Source: Chrysomallon squamiferum
Lineage: Eukaryota > Animalia > Mollusca
Length of the DNA: 64,000 nucleotides
Assembly: GCA_012295275.1 (NCBI GenBank)
Contig: CM022665.1
Location: 28,272,001-28,336,000, forward strand
Reading direction: 5' to 3'
Shown in pieces: positions 14,485-29,217 of the stretch. The notes under the pieces were generated by a model that was not told the DNA's origin, ran no database searches, and saw only the letters and a program-made list of their open reading frames with translations. The position numbers were made by a program, and so were the translations under genes. Position 1 is the first letter of the stretch; every line of letters starts with the position of its first letter.

Positions 14485-15635
14485 TCTGTTATTGGGTGCC
14501 AAAGTTAAATATACCAAAATGGTGAATATTTTCTATACATTTATTGAAAAATAAAATTGGTCAAAACACAGTGTAAAGAGCTTTGCAGAAAGTACCACAG
14601 TTTGTTTAAATTATAATTGATGGTAAAATTCTCAGACACTTCAGTGTTTCCATCACGCCTATTTGACGAAATACATCCTTCTGTATCTGCCTAACATGAT
14701 CGCACCCACCAAAAAAATGTCAGAGAACACTGACAGTGTTCACACCGAGGTGGACTATCCTTTCCAGCATAAATGAATGGATTAAACAAGTATACCCGAG
14801 ACTATCTCTTCCTTTCTGCACCGCCTGCAGGAGGACTCAGCTTTCCGTACAAACAAGCACACGCACAAAAACGCATATGAACACGAACACGAACACACGC
14901 ATTTACAGAGACATGTGCGTTTGTATTTGTGTGCGTTTGCGTGCATGTGCGTGCCTGTGCGTTTTCGTGTTTGTACAAAGATACGACTCGTGTGCATGCA
15001 TGCACATATACATATACATACATACATACATACATTGACACATATGCACAACACATAACGAAACAACTACAAACAAGGGGAAATAAGTTAATACTATACA
15101 TCAAGAAAACGTTAATTCTATTGATTTCTGTAGTGGCGTTAAGTTCTCTTTAAGCCATCTGGCGAACCAAAACATTCCACCGGTCAGCACTCCCTTTTTA
15201 TTCAATCATTGGTCAGCGCACCTAGATTTCTCTAACGGTCATTTCTTCACTGATGATAATTACGTTTCCCTCACTGGTCAGCGGACCGTACGAAAAGGCG
15301 GACCTGTGTCAGCTGTCAATCAAAGAGAGAACGCGTGAGCATGTTTACTTCCATCCTAAAGGTCAGTTAGTGCAAGTTTGCCGGGGACCTTTTTTTTTTT
15401 TTTTTTTTTTTCACTGATCTATTGTATCGCATGACTGGGATTGTCACTTTTAAAAGCACGTTTGTCTGTGTACAGAGAGAGTGAGAGAAAGAGAGAGAGA
15501 GAGAAAAAAAAGGCGCGGAGAAGGCAATTAATAAAACAAATACTTCCAGCACCCTGCCTCGCTGTCACGCTGAACTCTGCTTGGAAAAAAGAAACAGGAA
15601 GAACCTAGGGGAGATTTTCAGTCAAACTGAGAGGG

Positions 15636-15670
<35 letters not shown>

Positions 15671-16505
15671 AAAGAAAAGGAAGGGAAGGGTGGGGATAGC
15701 AGAGAAAAGTTTAAAAGTTTTATTCTCTTCAAAAATATAATTAGGGGATTAATACGCATTGTCTGGAACTGGACACAGCTGAATTCTCTTACTGAGTATG
15801 ATCAATCGTCTAACTGTAGCCCGCCCTCTCGGTAAAATAATGAGAGATACAAGACAAAACTTTTAGTTAATCATGGGATTATCCACTGATATCCAACGAT
15901 AAACAGCACAACAACAGCCGGTTCCTGAAAATTTATGGAAGATACAAGTTTAAACTTCCTGTTGTATCTGGGTAGGTTATAGCAGTTGTAACCTTACACT
16001 GGTTTGAACGGGATATTGCTCGGTAGGCACACTGACATTGATTAATAATTTCGCTACAGAGCTTTGGGAGGTGAAACTTTATTCTTTCTGAACGTGGGTT
16101 AGGGATTAATGTAGGTTTACGTTACTGACTGGTGCCAGTCTCAGGAAATTATGTGATGTATCATAATCCGCGTAGTTCTGTAACACAATCCAGCGAGTGA
16201 ATGAGCGGTACACTTTTTATTAGTTTAACAATCCCGCGACTCGCATTATTGTTAACAGTTCATAGTTTCAAGTTTTTGTTTGATTTATTAGTAGTAGTAT
16301 TAAAAGTATTATTATTATTATTATTATGATTACAATTATTGTTAATATTTTTGTTGTTATTGTTGTTGTTATTATTTTTTTATTTATTAGCATTATTATT
16401 ATTTATTTACTGTAGTAGTATCAGCATTATTATTAATAGTAAAGTAGCAGTGGTTGTGGTAGTAGTAGTAAAAGTAGTATCAGCATTATTAGCAGTAGCA
16501 GCAGC

Positions 16506-16549
<44 letters not shown>

Positions 16550-16571
16550 CAGTAGTAGTAGTAGCAGTCCG

Positions 16572-16617
<46 letters not shown>

Positions 16618-16621
16618 CAGC

Positions 16622-16656
<35 letters not shown>

Positions 16657-17037
16657 CAGCAGTAGTAGTAGTAGTAGCAGTAGTAGTAGAATAGTAAATA
16701 ATAAATAATAAGTATTTTAGAAAAGTAGCTGACATGAGGAACAGACAAAATGGCCCACGGAGTAAGACAAACGCTGTGTTCATTCTGAACATGACAGTGG
16801 GATTAACACGGGCAGATGTTGTTTCTTTCCTGTTGTTGGTATTTTCATACTTGCATGAATTACAGTCCAGGGATGAACGAGTGAATGTTTAGTCACACCT
16901 TAACATATTTTAATATCAACAGCTATTAGGTGTCAGATTTCAGAATAAGAAAAAATTAAAAAAAATTAAAAAATGTATTTCCTGCTAAAACCTCGCTAAT
17001 GTAGTGCACGTTTTCACGCCGGAGCACGTGCGCATAT

Positions 17038-17094
<57 letters not shown>

Positions 17095-17149
17095 TTTTTT
17101 TATGCATGTATGCCTGTTATTTTAGTAAATAAATGTATATCGGTTTGCA

Positions 17150-17551
17150 CGTATGCATGTATGTATATGTACGTTTGCACGTACGTTTGTATGTATGTAT
17201 ACATGTGTGTATGTATGTATGCATATATGCATGTATATGTGTATGTATGTATGTAGTTTAGGCTCTGATTAGACTCTGCACATAGACAATATTCGGGAAC
17301 ACTCTGACACAGGAGGACAAAGTCCAATCACAACTATATATGTGTGTATGTATGTATATAAAAGTATGTATATATATGTATGTGTGCATGTACGTGTATG
17401 TATGTATGTTTGTATGTATGTATGTATGTATGTATATACATATGTATGTATGTATGTATGTGTGTATGTATGTATGTATGTGTGTATGTATGTATATATG
17501 TATGTAGTATATGTATGTATGTATGTATGTGTGTATGTATATGTATGTATG

Positions 17552-17617
<66 letters not shown>

Positions 17618-17703
17618 TGTATGTATGTATGTATATGTATGTATATATGTGTGTATGTATGTATGTATGTATGTATGTATATGTATATATATGTATATGT
17701 ATG

Positions 17704-17735
<32 letters not shown>

Positions 17736-17805
17736 TGTATGTATGTATGTATGTATGTATGTATGTATGTATGTATGTATGTATGTATGTATGTATGTAT
17801 GTATG

Positions 17806-17839
<34 letters not shown>

Positions 17840-18153
17840 TGTATGTATGTATGAATGTGTATGTATGTATGTATGTATGTATGTATGTATGTATGTATGT
17901 ATGTATGTATGTATGTATGTATGTATGTATGTATGTATGTATGTATGTATGTATGTATGTATGTATGTATGTATGTATGTATGTATGTATGTATGAATGT
18001 ATGTATGTATGTATGTATGTATGTATGTATGTATGAATGTATGTATGAATGTATGTATGTATGTATGTATGTATGTATGTATGTATGTATGTATGTATGT
18101 ATGTATGTATGTATGTATGTATGTATGAATGTATGTATGTATGTATGTATGTA
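17150..18153. repeat. ~1-kb (TATG)n microsatellite
   Basis: Directly visible; it accounts for the YIHT/MYVC ORFs. Confidence 0.95.
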
Positions 18154-19627
18154 TCAATGGATGCATGTTTCTAGCGGATGAGACTTTTCTCTGATTCGTG
18201 TTAGAAAGTAATCTATTTAGCTCCAAGTCACTGATAAGAGTAAAAAAAACTATAGAAATGTCGTTAAATAAATAATCATCCATTCTTTTACTCAGTCCTG
18301 TTTTCCGGTGTTTTGAATTTGGACTGGAATGTGCTGAGGGGAAAATTAAACTGAGAATTTAAATAAATCGGAAGTCTGTGTCATGACAATCCTCCCAGGA
18401 ATTCGGATGTGGAATAAAAACTGTTTGCTAAGAAGTGAAAGCTTGAAAGATAAACTGCAATAACAACACAAATTACTCACACCATCGCCACTGTCCTGTT
18501 AACCATCGACAAAACAATACATTCCATTGTTGTTGTTACTGTTATTGTTATCGTTGTTGTTAATATTGTTGTTATTGTTGTTGTTATTATTATTATTATT
18601 GTTGTTGTTTTTATTACTATTATTATTATTGTTGTTATTTTTGCTGTTATTGTTTGTAACAGTTTTAGTATTAATAGTATTAGTAGAACTGGAAGTAATA
18701 ATAGTTGTGACTTCTGTAGTAGCGGTAATAGTAATAGCTGCAGCAGTAATAAGTATGGTAATAGTAGTGACGGTAATAATTGTAGTAGTAGTAGTAGTAG
18801 TATATACGAGCAAAAGAAAACCGCAACAACTACTACCACTACTTCTGCTACTACTACTACTACTACTACTCTACAGCTGCTACTACTACTACTACTACTG
18901 CTACTGCTACTACTACTACTGCTTCTACTGCGACTACTACCACTACTGCTTCCACTACTTATGTTATTAATGCTGCTTCTCCTACATCATCTTCATTTGA
19001 ACGACAACAAAAATTGTAACATATGAAAAAAGAAATGAAAACTAATTAATCTGAAGAAACAAGATCTATAAAAAATAATACTAATAATAGTTTAAAAAAT
19101 GAATCAATGAAAAAAAAAAAATAATAATAACAACAGTAATAAAAATACTGCTACAAAAAAAACAGAACAAACAACAACAAACAAATCTACATATAATGTA
19201 AAGAGGGACTGGTAAAATATTAACATAATTTCATTGTGACCCATACATCAGTGAAGTCATAAATAACTGTATTCAGCACTGTACAAAAACCGTCAAGAAA
19301 ACAATAATAATAATAAAAAATCATAAATAAAATTAAACTAAAATTAAATTAAATTAAAAAGCCGTTATTCACTCAAGTAAGAGTTAAGTAGAAAGTTTAC
19401 CTTTTTAAAAATGTACCATAAATTTATTTGCAAGTTATTATTTTATTATTTTGACAATAAAATAACACTCTAGAAAAAACAAAAAAAAAAAAAAAAAAAT
19501 TTAAACAAAAAACAAAAATAATAAAATAAATTAAGTAATAGAGTTAGAACGTTGCTATTTGTTATGATTCGAAAAACATACTAAAAATGTATAATAATAC
19601 CTACATATTTATTTATTTATTTACACC

Positions 19628-19786
19628 TCCGACAGAAATAATTAATGTAAACAACCACATCGTGTATGACATGACGTCACAACAACGCAATGACGTCGCG
19701 TAATTTTTCTCGAAGCAGAAGAGACATGCAGAAAAGCGAGAGGACGCCAGACTGTACTCTTACATCCTGTTCTTTGTTTAGAGGCA
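19628..19786. promoter_or_regulatory. Paired-CRE module, copy 1
   Basis: TGACGTCA at 19672-19679 and TGACGTCG at 19691-19698, followed by TTCTCGAA. Homologous to 20288-20439. Confidence 0.6.
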
Positions 19787-19869
19787 AACTGTGTTCAGTG
19801 AGTATGAAAAGTAAGATATGTACGCCTACACGTGTACTGTATGTATGTCTGTAATTCATTGTAGTTGTT

Positions 19870-19978
19870 GTCGGTGGCCGTAAAACGTTTGAAAACACCG
19901 GTTCTCGTCCGAATCACGCAGTTCAATCAACAATTAATGGGTGACTGTCTGGGAATAATACCGAGTGCTGCAGACATT
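19870..19978 (+). pseudogene. 5S rRNA pseudogene with internal deletion
   Basis: Contains TTGAAAACACCGGTTCTCGTCCGA...CAAC and ATGGGTGACTGTCTGGGAATA..CCGAGTGCTGCAGAC, matching invertebrate 5S rRNA. About 20 nt of the internal control region (..GGTTAGTACTTGG..) is missing. A T-rich tail follows. Confidence 0.8.
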
Positions 19979-20081
19979 TGCTTTTTCTCTCTATCTCTGT
20001 CTTTTTTTTCTTTCTTTTCATTTTTTTTTTTTTTTTTCTTTCTTTTTTTTTTTAATTCATTTTTATATATTTTGTCTATTA

Positions 20082-20140
<59 letters not shown>

Positions 20141-20287
20141 TTCAGAGTTTTCAGATTATTTTTATCAGCTGTTTATTTACATATTAATATTATTTTGTTT
20201 CCCTTTTTATTTCAGTCAACTTATTAACATACTAAGAAAAGATAATAACACGTGTTTATTTATTTTTTTTTTTTTTTTTTTTCTGTT

Positions 20288-20439
20288 TCCGATAGAAATA
20301 ATCAGTATACACAACGGCATCGTGGTAGTCACTTATGACGTCACAAGAATGCAATGACGTCATGTCGTTATCTAGAAGCAGAACAAAAAGGTAGAAAAGT
20401 TAAACTTTATTTTTGCATACTTGTGTTCGTTTAGAGGCA
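20288..20439. promoter_or_regulatory. Paired-CRE module, copy 2
   Basis: TGACGTCA at 20336-20343 and 20355-20362, the same 19-bp spacing as copy 1. Shares the flanks tccgaYagaaataat, catcgtg, gaagcagaa and gtttagaggca. Confidence 0.6.
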
Positions 20440-21104
20440 CATACCATTTTGTAAATCTGAACTGGATATTTCTGAGAACCGAAATCCAAGTAAATTCACA
20501 GTTATTTGAGGGAATCTATTTTAAAACAGGTAACACAACCAACTTAATTTAGTTAATTGCCAAAGAGAGTAATATAAATCATCAACAAACGTTAAGATTG
20601 CATTCAATCTGATATATGTTGTAATAACTTAGCGGCCATAAATGTCAAATTGTACGTAATTGAATTATAGAGTTATAATAGCGATCTGAAGCCAGTAATG
20701 CTTGTTTCAGTGTGTTCGTTTATGCTAGTATATCTTTGTATTTACATCACATAAATACTGACCAGTAAGAAATGCATAATATATTGATTTATTGATTTAT
20801 AATAGCGATATTTAGGAAATCTCTGTTTTTTTTTTTTTACCAAATTACTTTGTTTTCTTTTTTGTTTACATTTTATGCTGTTTATTTTCTGTGGCGAAAT
20901 AATAATAATTAATAAATAAATAAATAGATAAATAAATAAATGAATAAATAAATGAATAAATGAATAAATGAATAAATGAATAAATGATAATAATAATAAC
21001 AATAAAAACAACAACAACTATAATAATAAGACTTCTGCTACTACTGTTACTACTACTACTACTACTACTACTGCTGCTACTGCTACTATTACTATTATTA
21101 TTAC

Positions 21105-21187
<83 letters not shown>

Positions 21188-22939
21188 ATAAAACAAAAAT
21201 TAATAAATTGCACAAAGAAAAAAAAATGGGAACAACAAACAAAAACAAAAACAAAAAAAGAACAAAAAAAAACAAAAACTAAACAAACAAACAAAACAAA
21301 AACAACAACAAATAAAAAAATAAAAAAATCTAAAAAAGATACTAAATCACTCCAAACCAAAGCTATTAAAGTTTTTGTTACATTTTGGTTTACACCTGTG
21401 ATTCCCATTCTTTATGGGAGCGATGCTTCACCTCGCTTCGTTAAAGAGATTTGACATAAAAGTCAGCCAACTTCTGGAACACATTTAGAACCAGATTTAG
21501 ACACCGTATGGTTGTATTCGTTAACATTTCACAAAACAAGTCAAATTTTTTGTTTAATTATTTACCTATTGTGCATGACGTGATTTTTTGCCCATTCACA
21601 TTAGTATGTTCAGAAACAATTTGTTCTTAATACATCAACATTCAAAATTGGCTTCATGTAGGGCGTATGCCCCGCACTGGGAAAGCAATGGTTTATATTA
21701 AACCAACACGGCCCTAATAACACTACAATACGACATCTATTGATTTGTTTTGATTTTTTTTCTCTGTGTTGAATAACGCTGCGATTACGTCAGATTCTCT
21801 CTTCTGTGATTGGTCCGTTTATTATGTAGTAAAAATAAAAATATTTTATGATGTCAGTAACCAGTGAAAAGAAGTTTTAGGTTGCTGACTGGTCCTTCCT
21901 ATAAACTGAACGAAACCGTTAACATTCATTTGTCCAGAGGTATCTCTGCATATATTTATAATACACATATTCTTACGCTGACAGTTAAAGAAACAAAATG
22001 GTCTTTTGTATCAACACGTCTCAAAGTGTGTTATATATTGGATGGCATTTGAAGAATTAGTACATGAATGTTTGTTTAGCAGCTAAATATATTCAAATTC
22101 TAACGTTATTTATTAATTTTATTTTGTTTGTATTTATTATGATGATACTATTTCCTTTACTCTAAGTACTAATTGTAACCACACACACACACAAACACAC
22201 ACACACACACACATACGTACACGAATCTCGTTTATTAAACCTCGTAATTTATTTCTGAGATCTTTTTAATAAATAAATAGTAAAATCATAATTTGATCAA
22301 AGTTTATTATTACCGACTGTTCTACAATATGTACGTATATAATGTATGTTATTATGCAACAATCAAACTACGATACAACAGCAACAACAAAAGTGTAACA
22401 ACAAACACAATACTATTTAATTAAAATTTATTACTGTCCATATCATACGAAATAATTATCAAAATGGATTTCATCACAAAACGTCTTGTATAAATTGTTT
22501 ATGTTTGTGTGAGAGGTAAGTTGTGTATATAACAAAGTATTTCCTTCAAATGATGAGCAGTGTACGACCAATGAAAATATATCAGTCAACAGGTTCAGCG
22601 GTATAACGAAAAAAAAAAAAAAAAAAAAAAAAATCAAAGTGGTTTATTATATATGGTTATTTGCAAATCATGCATCCTTTTTTTACCCTTTTATTTTCTA
22701 TATATTTTACTTTTTTCTTTTTTAAAAATATATCTGCCCTGTAATTTTTTTTTTTTTTTTTTTTTTTTTTGCTTTCTTTCTTTCTTTCATACATTCTTTC
22801 TCTTTTCTTTCTTTCTTTCTATTTAGTGCCCTGTTTTTATTTTTCGTTAAAGAATTAGGAGTTATAATTTTTATAACCATTTAAAAACCGTAGACAAATG
22901 AGATAAACGTTTAAGAAAATGTATATGTGTGTGTGTGTA

Positions 22940-23021
<82 letters not shown>

Positions 23022-24031
23022 AAATACGGAAATAAATAAACTTGTAATAAATTGACAAGTGTATCAATTTGTTTGAGACAGAAAAACCGACTTACATAAA
23101 GAGAGAGAAAATGAGAGCTAAAGAGAGAAAGAGAGAGAGATATTCTGGGAGGTAGCTATACAATACATCTTTTATGTTTTAATTTTTTTCTGGACAAAAA
23201 TAAATCTATTTGGTTTTATAACAATCACTTCCAAAATACAACAAATATTTGTAAAATTATCATTTTATCAGAGAAAACTTGCTTCATTTTGTTTTATCAT
23301 TTGTCTTCTTTAACTAACAACAACAACAATGAGAAATACAAGGCCAACAATAACGAGAAGAAAAGAGAAGATTTAATAGAGCCAGTGTTTCTGTTGTTGT
23401 TAGTTCTGTGTGAAAGACATCAGATGAGACACAATCAATGATCAAATGGAACATCGTGTATATTTAACAAAGTGTAAAATAAATTGTACAATGCTGGATC
23501 AAACTATACATACTAAATCGTTTATTAGAGTAGTACCCTGTTAAATGCTGGAACAAATTTGGGGTTCTGTGGTCATGTATATGCATAGTATTTTCGTCAT
23601 TCTATTTATTTATTTATTTGTTTGTTTATTTGTTTGTTTATTTATTTCGTTTTTGTTTAATTATTTATTTTGTTTGTTTTGTTTTGTGTATTTGTTTATC
23701 TTTTATTTCATTGTGTATTTTATTTTATTTTATTTAAAGAATTATTTTTTCGATATTTCAGTTTGCTATAAAGACAATAATACTTATTCTAAGTAGCTGT
23801 GACCAGAAAGGCATGATTTACATCATATAATGTTGTATTTATTGTATTGTAAAGTCATGTGACTGAGGTAGTTGTTCATACTGTTTGTTTGTTTATTTGT
23901 TGTTTTTTTGGTTTGTTTGTTTGTTTTGTTGTTGTTTTTTATATTGTTTTTTTAAATGTATTATTAATTGATTAATTTATTTTTATTATCATTATTATTG
24001 TGTTGATGTTCTTTGTTATAATAGTTTTTTT

Positions 24032-24082
<51 letters not shown>

Positions 24083-24433
24083 TGGAAATTTAAAGTAAAA
24101 TATTTTAATTTTCCATTGCATGTTAAGCTCAGAAATAAGTATCATACCCTTAGGGTAAAAAAAATGATAAAATGTAGAATCAAATATAAAGAGTTGATCA
24201 ATTTGGTTATAATATATCTATTTCTAACACTAACCTAAAACTACTGTAAGAATATTAAAAAGTAAAAAAAAAAACCAAAAAAAAGAAAGAAACCAAAACA
24301 TTATTAAGATTATATGAGATCACGAGTTTAGCCAAGAAACCGTTTTATGATTTCATCTCTGTCGTAAAAAAATGGTGATAGCACATAATATCGTAGCAAG
24401 TTCAAAAAGTAGGCGGAGTCTAGATAACGTACG

Positions 24434-24577
24434 TCATGGAGGTGGGTTGTCGATTGTGATCACGTGACAGAGCTTGATATGTTCAGTAAGAATGGCTGTG
24501 AGGCGGTCTCGCTCGCTCCTGAGTTGACAGATGAGAATACGAAGTTCTTTGTTCTGAGCCTCCAGCCTGTCTGTGTC
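24434..24577 (-). CDS. ATF3: Paralogue B, terminal leucine-zipper exon
   Basis: Acceptor tttatttttcag|. Encodes DTDRLEAQNKELRILICQLRSERDRLTAILTEHIKLCHVITIDNPPP*, with Leu heptads ending HxxxC. Confidence 0.9.
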   Translation of the reverse strand, partial: DTDRLEAQNKELRILICQLRSERDRLTAILTEHIKLCHVITIDNPPP

Positions 24578-24697
24578 CTGAAAAATAAACACAAAAACTC
24601 AAATATCCAACATTTTATAAAACAGTAACACTGAGAGTGTAAAAAAAGAAAAGGCACGAAAAAAACCACAACACACAAAACCATCATAATAAGTATA

Positions 24698-24831
<134 letters not shown>

Positions 24832-25468
24832 AAGATCTAGTCACAGAGATAGGTAGATGTATAGATGAATAGAAAGTTAGAAGAATAGACATATAGAGAA
24901 CTAGATGAATAAACAATTAAACAGACAGATAGATTATATAGAGAGAGTCTGAAAGACAGAGATAAACAGAACTGAATATGGAGATAAATAAAACTGGAGA
25001 CAGATAATCAGACAGATAAATGAACAAAAAATATTAGAGAGGGTAAGCTAGACAAACAGACTGATAAAGAGGTAAACACTCACATATAAATACAAACAGA
25101 CATGCAGATACCCAGAATCAGATATAAATTGACACAAAGATTAGATGTACATACACATATACACACCCTAAACATACACAGATACAAATCTGTATTGTTT
25201 AACATCAGGCGAACTTGACGGGTTTTATTAGAATGTGAAAACGCAGTAAATGAAAGTGTTACGAGGTCGCTTGACGCTGGTTGAGGGAAAGTGCTGCACG
25301 GTAACAGTCGAACTGCTGCACTGCTCAGATAAATCACACGACACCGCTGACACGTAAGCAGATAATGAATAATCTGATAAACGGTTAAATAAAAACACGA
25401 TGACAGCGACAAGTTTGACAGACAAATCATTGTGAATACGATTATGTGGATATGTACTTGTTTATTTC

Positions 25469-25527
<59 letters not shown>

Positions 25528-25638
25528 TCAAAGATTTCTTTACCAATATTAATATAATAATTTGATAGGGTATTTTCCCGTGATTATATTAAAATCTGTA
25601 AAATGCAATCATACATATATACCCACATATATATATAT

Positions 25639-25675
<37 letters not shown>

Positions 25676-25789
25676 AGTATATACTCACGGGAAAAGAAAC
25701 TGTATCAAATTATTATTATTAGAAGAAATTTTAATTTATAAGCAGAGAATTTTGTGCATAACAATGTGACATCATAAATTTGTACTCTC

Positions 25790-26640
25790 CCTGGCACCCT
25801 TTTACATTTCCTTCACCAAGTTCATTTTTAAATTTTTTATAATTATTGTAACGTCTAACCTATCCTTACCACTTGTATTTTGCAGTAATCCTGAACAGCA
25901 CTGTTGCGTCTTCTTAGTTACCCTTATCACTTTTATAAATCTTGTACCTGTAACTTTATACTCAGCAACAGTCATTCGCGTACCCTTTTCATTTTGTCCT
26001 CATAATTACCACTTTTAAAAAAGTGGACACTCGTTATATTGTAATTTCATAATAATGATTAATCTCGTTACCTCTGAAATCATCTGTATTGTAAGTTCAC
26101 AATAAAACTTAGGTCTTATTTTTTTTTTTTTTTTTTTTTTTTACAGAATCTATTTTGTATCGTTTATCTCGAATCTCCACAGTCACTGTTATTACTTATT
26201 TATATCCTTAGTGTTGTAAATTCGTGGTTCATTTTATTCTTTACTTTTCAGAAACTGAAATATCTCTGCTGTAATTCGCCAGTAACCCTTGATCATTCTA
26301 AGATGTAATATTTTTTAACTTCTAACATCCTATTACGCACTTCTTGTAAAATCGCTTTAAAACGCTTTATGAAATGATTTTCTCACTTTTTGCCTTACTC
26401 CTTATTTTATTATTATTTCTTTTTTTTCTTTTTCATAATTATCCTTATCATACTGAAACCGTTTTAGGCCGTCTAATACGAATTTATTTTAATGCCGTTT
26501 TCTTTGCTACTTCAAAGTTACCCTTGATTTTCGGACTTTGAAAATTTCTGAAATCTTTATATTTTAAAACTTAATAATTATCATTAATCACTGTGATACC
26601 CTTAGAATTTTAACTTTATAGAAAAACGTAAATTATTTTA
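25790..26640. repeat. Highly degenerate ~42-bp tandem repeat in B intron
   Basis: Recurring ttgtaa...acccttatca(c/t) cores. Confidence 0.45.
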
Positions 26641-27003
26641 ACACCTCACTTCCTGATTTCCCTCGTGCCCAATTACGATTTTATTAAAAAGCACGCACTG
26701 TGCGTTTGTCCACGGGTACGTAATAATAAAAGTTATCACGATAATCGAAAAACAGAATTAACCCTGAGTCATTGTTATCGTGTCTCTCCTATCATTATCT
26801 GTGTTTTCCTTAATCATTATTACGTATGACTCCAAATAAGAGCAGATTATAGCTATTTATTTTTTTAGCTATATTTTTAATTATATATTTAAATATTATA
26901 TTTGTATTTGTGATTTTTGGGGGTCTTTTGGAGTCTCTGAAATCGTGTGGTTATCTAAGCTGTTTGATTTTATAATGAATTTTGACTGAAGTTTGAAGGT
27001 CAC

Positions 27004-27111
27004 CTTCACGAGATGATCGGTTCCGCTTCGCTTCTTTTCTCTAAACTTTCGGGCCGCGCGTCTGTTCTGTTCCCTTCTCCTGTCGAGTTTTTCTATTTCT
27101 TCAGGGCGTGG
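27004..27111 (-). CDS. ATF3: Paralogue B, 108-nt basic-region exon
   Basis: ttatttcag| ... AAG|GTGACC. Encodes PRPEEIEKLDRRREQNRRAARKFREKKRSGTDHLVK, phase 0/0. Confidence 0.92.
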
Positions 27112-28162
27112 CTGAAATAATAATAATAATAATAATAATTATAACAAGAACAACAATAATAACAATAACAATAATAATAATAATAATAAGAAGAAGAAGA
27201 AGAAGAATACACACACAAGAACATGCACATATCGTTTGGCAGACAGCAGACATCACACTCTGTTAGCTCTGTATAAAAAAAAACAATTATAATTTTTCAA
27301 TCGCACTTTTCTGTCTGCCCATGTTTACATTTTAATGCATTAATGATTGCAAACCAGCATGTACGTACATACGAGTCATAGTATTTATTTTACATCTGTC
27401 TAACTGTCCGTCAATCTTTACATCTGTGTATCTCTCTGTCTATTATCTTTCTATTTGTGTTTCTGTTTATCTAACTATACATATATCTCATTATGTTTGT
27501 TTGTCTGTCTGTCTGGCTGTCTGTCCGTGTATAGAATTATAAAAACAAATGAGTATCAGAATCTTGAACAATAACGCTGTCTATAAACACCTGCAGTTCT
27601 CAATACCCAGCAGTCTTTAAATCAAAAACTTTATAAATAATAAGTATTTTCAACAAAACACGCAAGTATTACAATAGTTATCAAGAGGACTGTATAAATG
27701 CATAATTAATACACATTCAAAGGATAGTCTAAAATTTCAGAAGGCGGGCGCCGTAATTACTGTCGCTTTGTTATAAGGAAAATAAAAACAGTGCTACATA
27801 ACCAAAGAAAAAAAAATAAATAAATAAGAAAAAAAATAACAACAACAACAACAACAACGACAGTAATACGTTTAAAAAAAATAAATAAATAAAATTAAAA
27901 TTTACTGTTAAAAAAAGAAAGAAAAAGAAAACGGAAATACAAAACGTTAAAAAATAAACGAATGAACGAACGAACGAACAAATAAATACATAAATAAATA
28001 AATAAAACTTAGACTAAAATGAAATCAAGAGATAAAACAACAATAGAATATGAGCAAAAACCAAATTTATCAGCCCAGTTTCCAGAGACTTTTTGCATGA
28101 AAACAGCAATAAAAATGTTAATATATAAGACTTAATAATTTAAAAATAAATGTAGGTTTTTA

Positions 28163-28233
<71 letters not shown>

Positions 28234-29166
28234 ATAATAATAATAATAATTAAAAAAAAAAAAAAAAAAAGTAGAAAAAAGAATGATTTAAAATAATTTA
28301 TCCTTTTTAACAGACGCACGATTTCTCTCAGTGCACAGAATTAAAAAGATTTTTTTTCCATGCTTTCTATTTTGTTTGCCAACATGGAAACTTAACTTAA
28401 TTCTGCTGGTGTATTTTCTTCTGAACGTGAGTATATAAAATATATAAATTTATAACCTTCTGGTTTTATTCACAACTACTCTGGCATGTTTCACTGGATA
28501 CGTTCTTAGTAACAAAAGTACAACGTAACTACTACGCAACAATAACGAAAATATTCCGAACAGTCGAACTGTCTCACCTGGAACCAGTACAACATATTTG
28601 TCTGACATTTACAACCTCCCTTTGACTGTCGCACACAGTCACACACGCAAATACAATAAATTAACATAAGTACTGTTGCTATTAGTTACCAAAATCGATT
28701 AGCAACGGGACCTAGTGAGCTGCACACACAGGTAGTTGATAGAGATAAGACGCGTTGTTATGCGGATAACGGTTCTTTTTTGGTTTACGTGGGAGGGGGG
28801 GGGGGGGCAGATACTCTGTGTGATTCTTCTCCCTCGGCCACACCTAATTAAACCTATATAATGTAATGTTAAGGATGTGTGAGGGTAAAAAGGAAGGAGG
28901 AGTAAGGGGTAGGTAGGTTAGTAGAGACGTTACAGGTACACAAAGCAATATCTGTTAACATAAGTATACGTGTTTATGCTCAGAGCCGGTTCCAGTGTCC
29001 AGGAATTCACGAAGGTTTAGTGTTATGGCCGTGATGAAATAGAATTTTCAAGATGAAATGAGAACAAAAATATATATGCATGTATATATATATATGATAA
29101 AATAATAAAAATAAAATAAATAATAATAATAATAACAATAATAAAATAATGACAAAAACCGAAAAA

Positions 29167-29217
<51 letters not shown>

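Noticed and set aside
17258-18283. 341-aa YIHT-repeat ORF and overlapping MYVC ORFs
   Set aside because: (TATG)n microsatellite that is open in several frames.
24460-24687. ORF-track 75-aa minus ORF
   Set aside because: Wrong frame across the true B zipper exon.
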